Below are positions 34,040-34,093 of a DNA stretch of 34,093 nucleotides, piece after piece; the first letter of the stretch is position 1; every line of letters starts with the position of its first letter. The translations under genes and the position numbers were made by a program. This DNA is from Chloroflexota bacterium (lineage in GTDB: Bacteria > Chloroflexota > Dehalococcoidia > GIF9 > AB-539-J10), in assembly GCA_048621695.1 (NCBI GenBank), contig JBMCVZ010000002.1, positions 1-34,093 on the forward strand, in the 5' to 3' direction. Below the pieces are notes generated by a model that saw only the letters and a program-made list of their open reading frames with translations, did no database searches and had not been told where the DNA came from.

Positions 34040-34093
34040 GTGTAGATTACCGCTTAAAATTGACCCAGTTTATCGCTGAAAACTGACCCACCC
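34040..34093. mobile_element. Putative transposon/IS terminus (element body outside the window)
   Basis: Begins TGTAG exactly where rtcA homology stops. It then carries two direct 15-nt repeats, CTTAAAATTGACCCA (34053-34067) and CTGAAAACTGACCCA (34076-34090), 23 nt apart. A TG terminus plus multiple subterminal transposase-binding-like repeats is typical of IS21, Mu and Tn7-like DDE elements. Confidence 0.35.

Overview
This 34-kb chromosomal segment is mostly tightly packed housekeeping operons from an anaerobic bacterium. Gene content, synteny and the hairpin repeats suggest a Chloroflexota/Dehalococcoidia-type genome, but I cannot verify that without a search.

Minus-strand core blocks:
- A carboxyl-transfer / C4-dicarboxylate operon: 12S carboxyltransferase, a small ORF, a 5S carboxyltransferase-BCCP fusion, mdh, fumA and fumB.
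- rpsO-pnp-dapB-asd-dapA.

Plus-strand core blocks:
- cmk-plsC-ispH.
- nusA-ylxR-infB-rbfA.
- ino1 with a CDP-alcohol phosphatidyltransferase, followed by purA.
- purF-purM-purH.

Four accessory or unusual patches stand out:
1. Left edge. A partial cas6 is missing from the ORF track because it runs off the window. Next to it is a 1.1-kb cassette (uncharacterised protein, HicA, HicB) bracketed by a diverged duplicate of the fumB 3' end with a 44-bp perfect core, an att-like layout.
2. A two-module hairpin repeat family. It fills the fumA-fumB gap, has inserted into the fumB remnant, and recurs near cobB.
3. An AT-rich 1.8-kb islet between purH and a PncA-PncB fusion gene. It holds a methyltransferase truncated at motif IV, an intact wHTH + PD-(D/E)xK nuclease-like gene and two orphan small genes. 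The fusion gene converges on a canonical Sir2 deacylase.
4. Right edge. rtcA has lost its 5' end at a junction with a transposon-like terminus (TGT followed by two subterminal 15-nt direct repeats).

I see no rRNA, tRNA or CRISPR array. My best candidates for something undescribed are the islet plus NAD-recycling neighbourhood (28.6-33.0 kb) and the three-gene HicAB cassette beside cas6. Both are hypotheses. All family calls rest on motif recognition by eye; no database search was possible.
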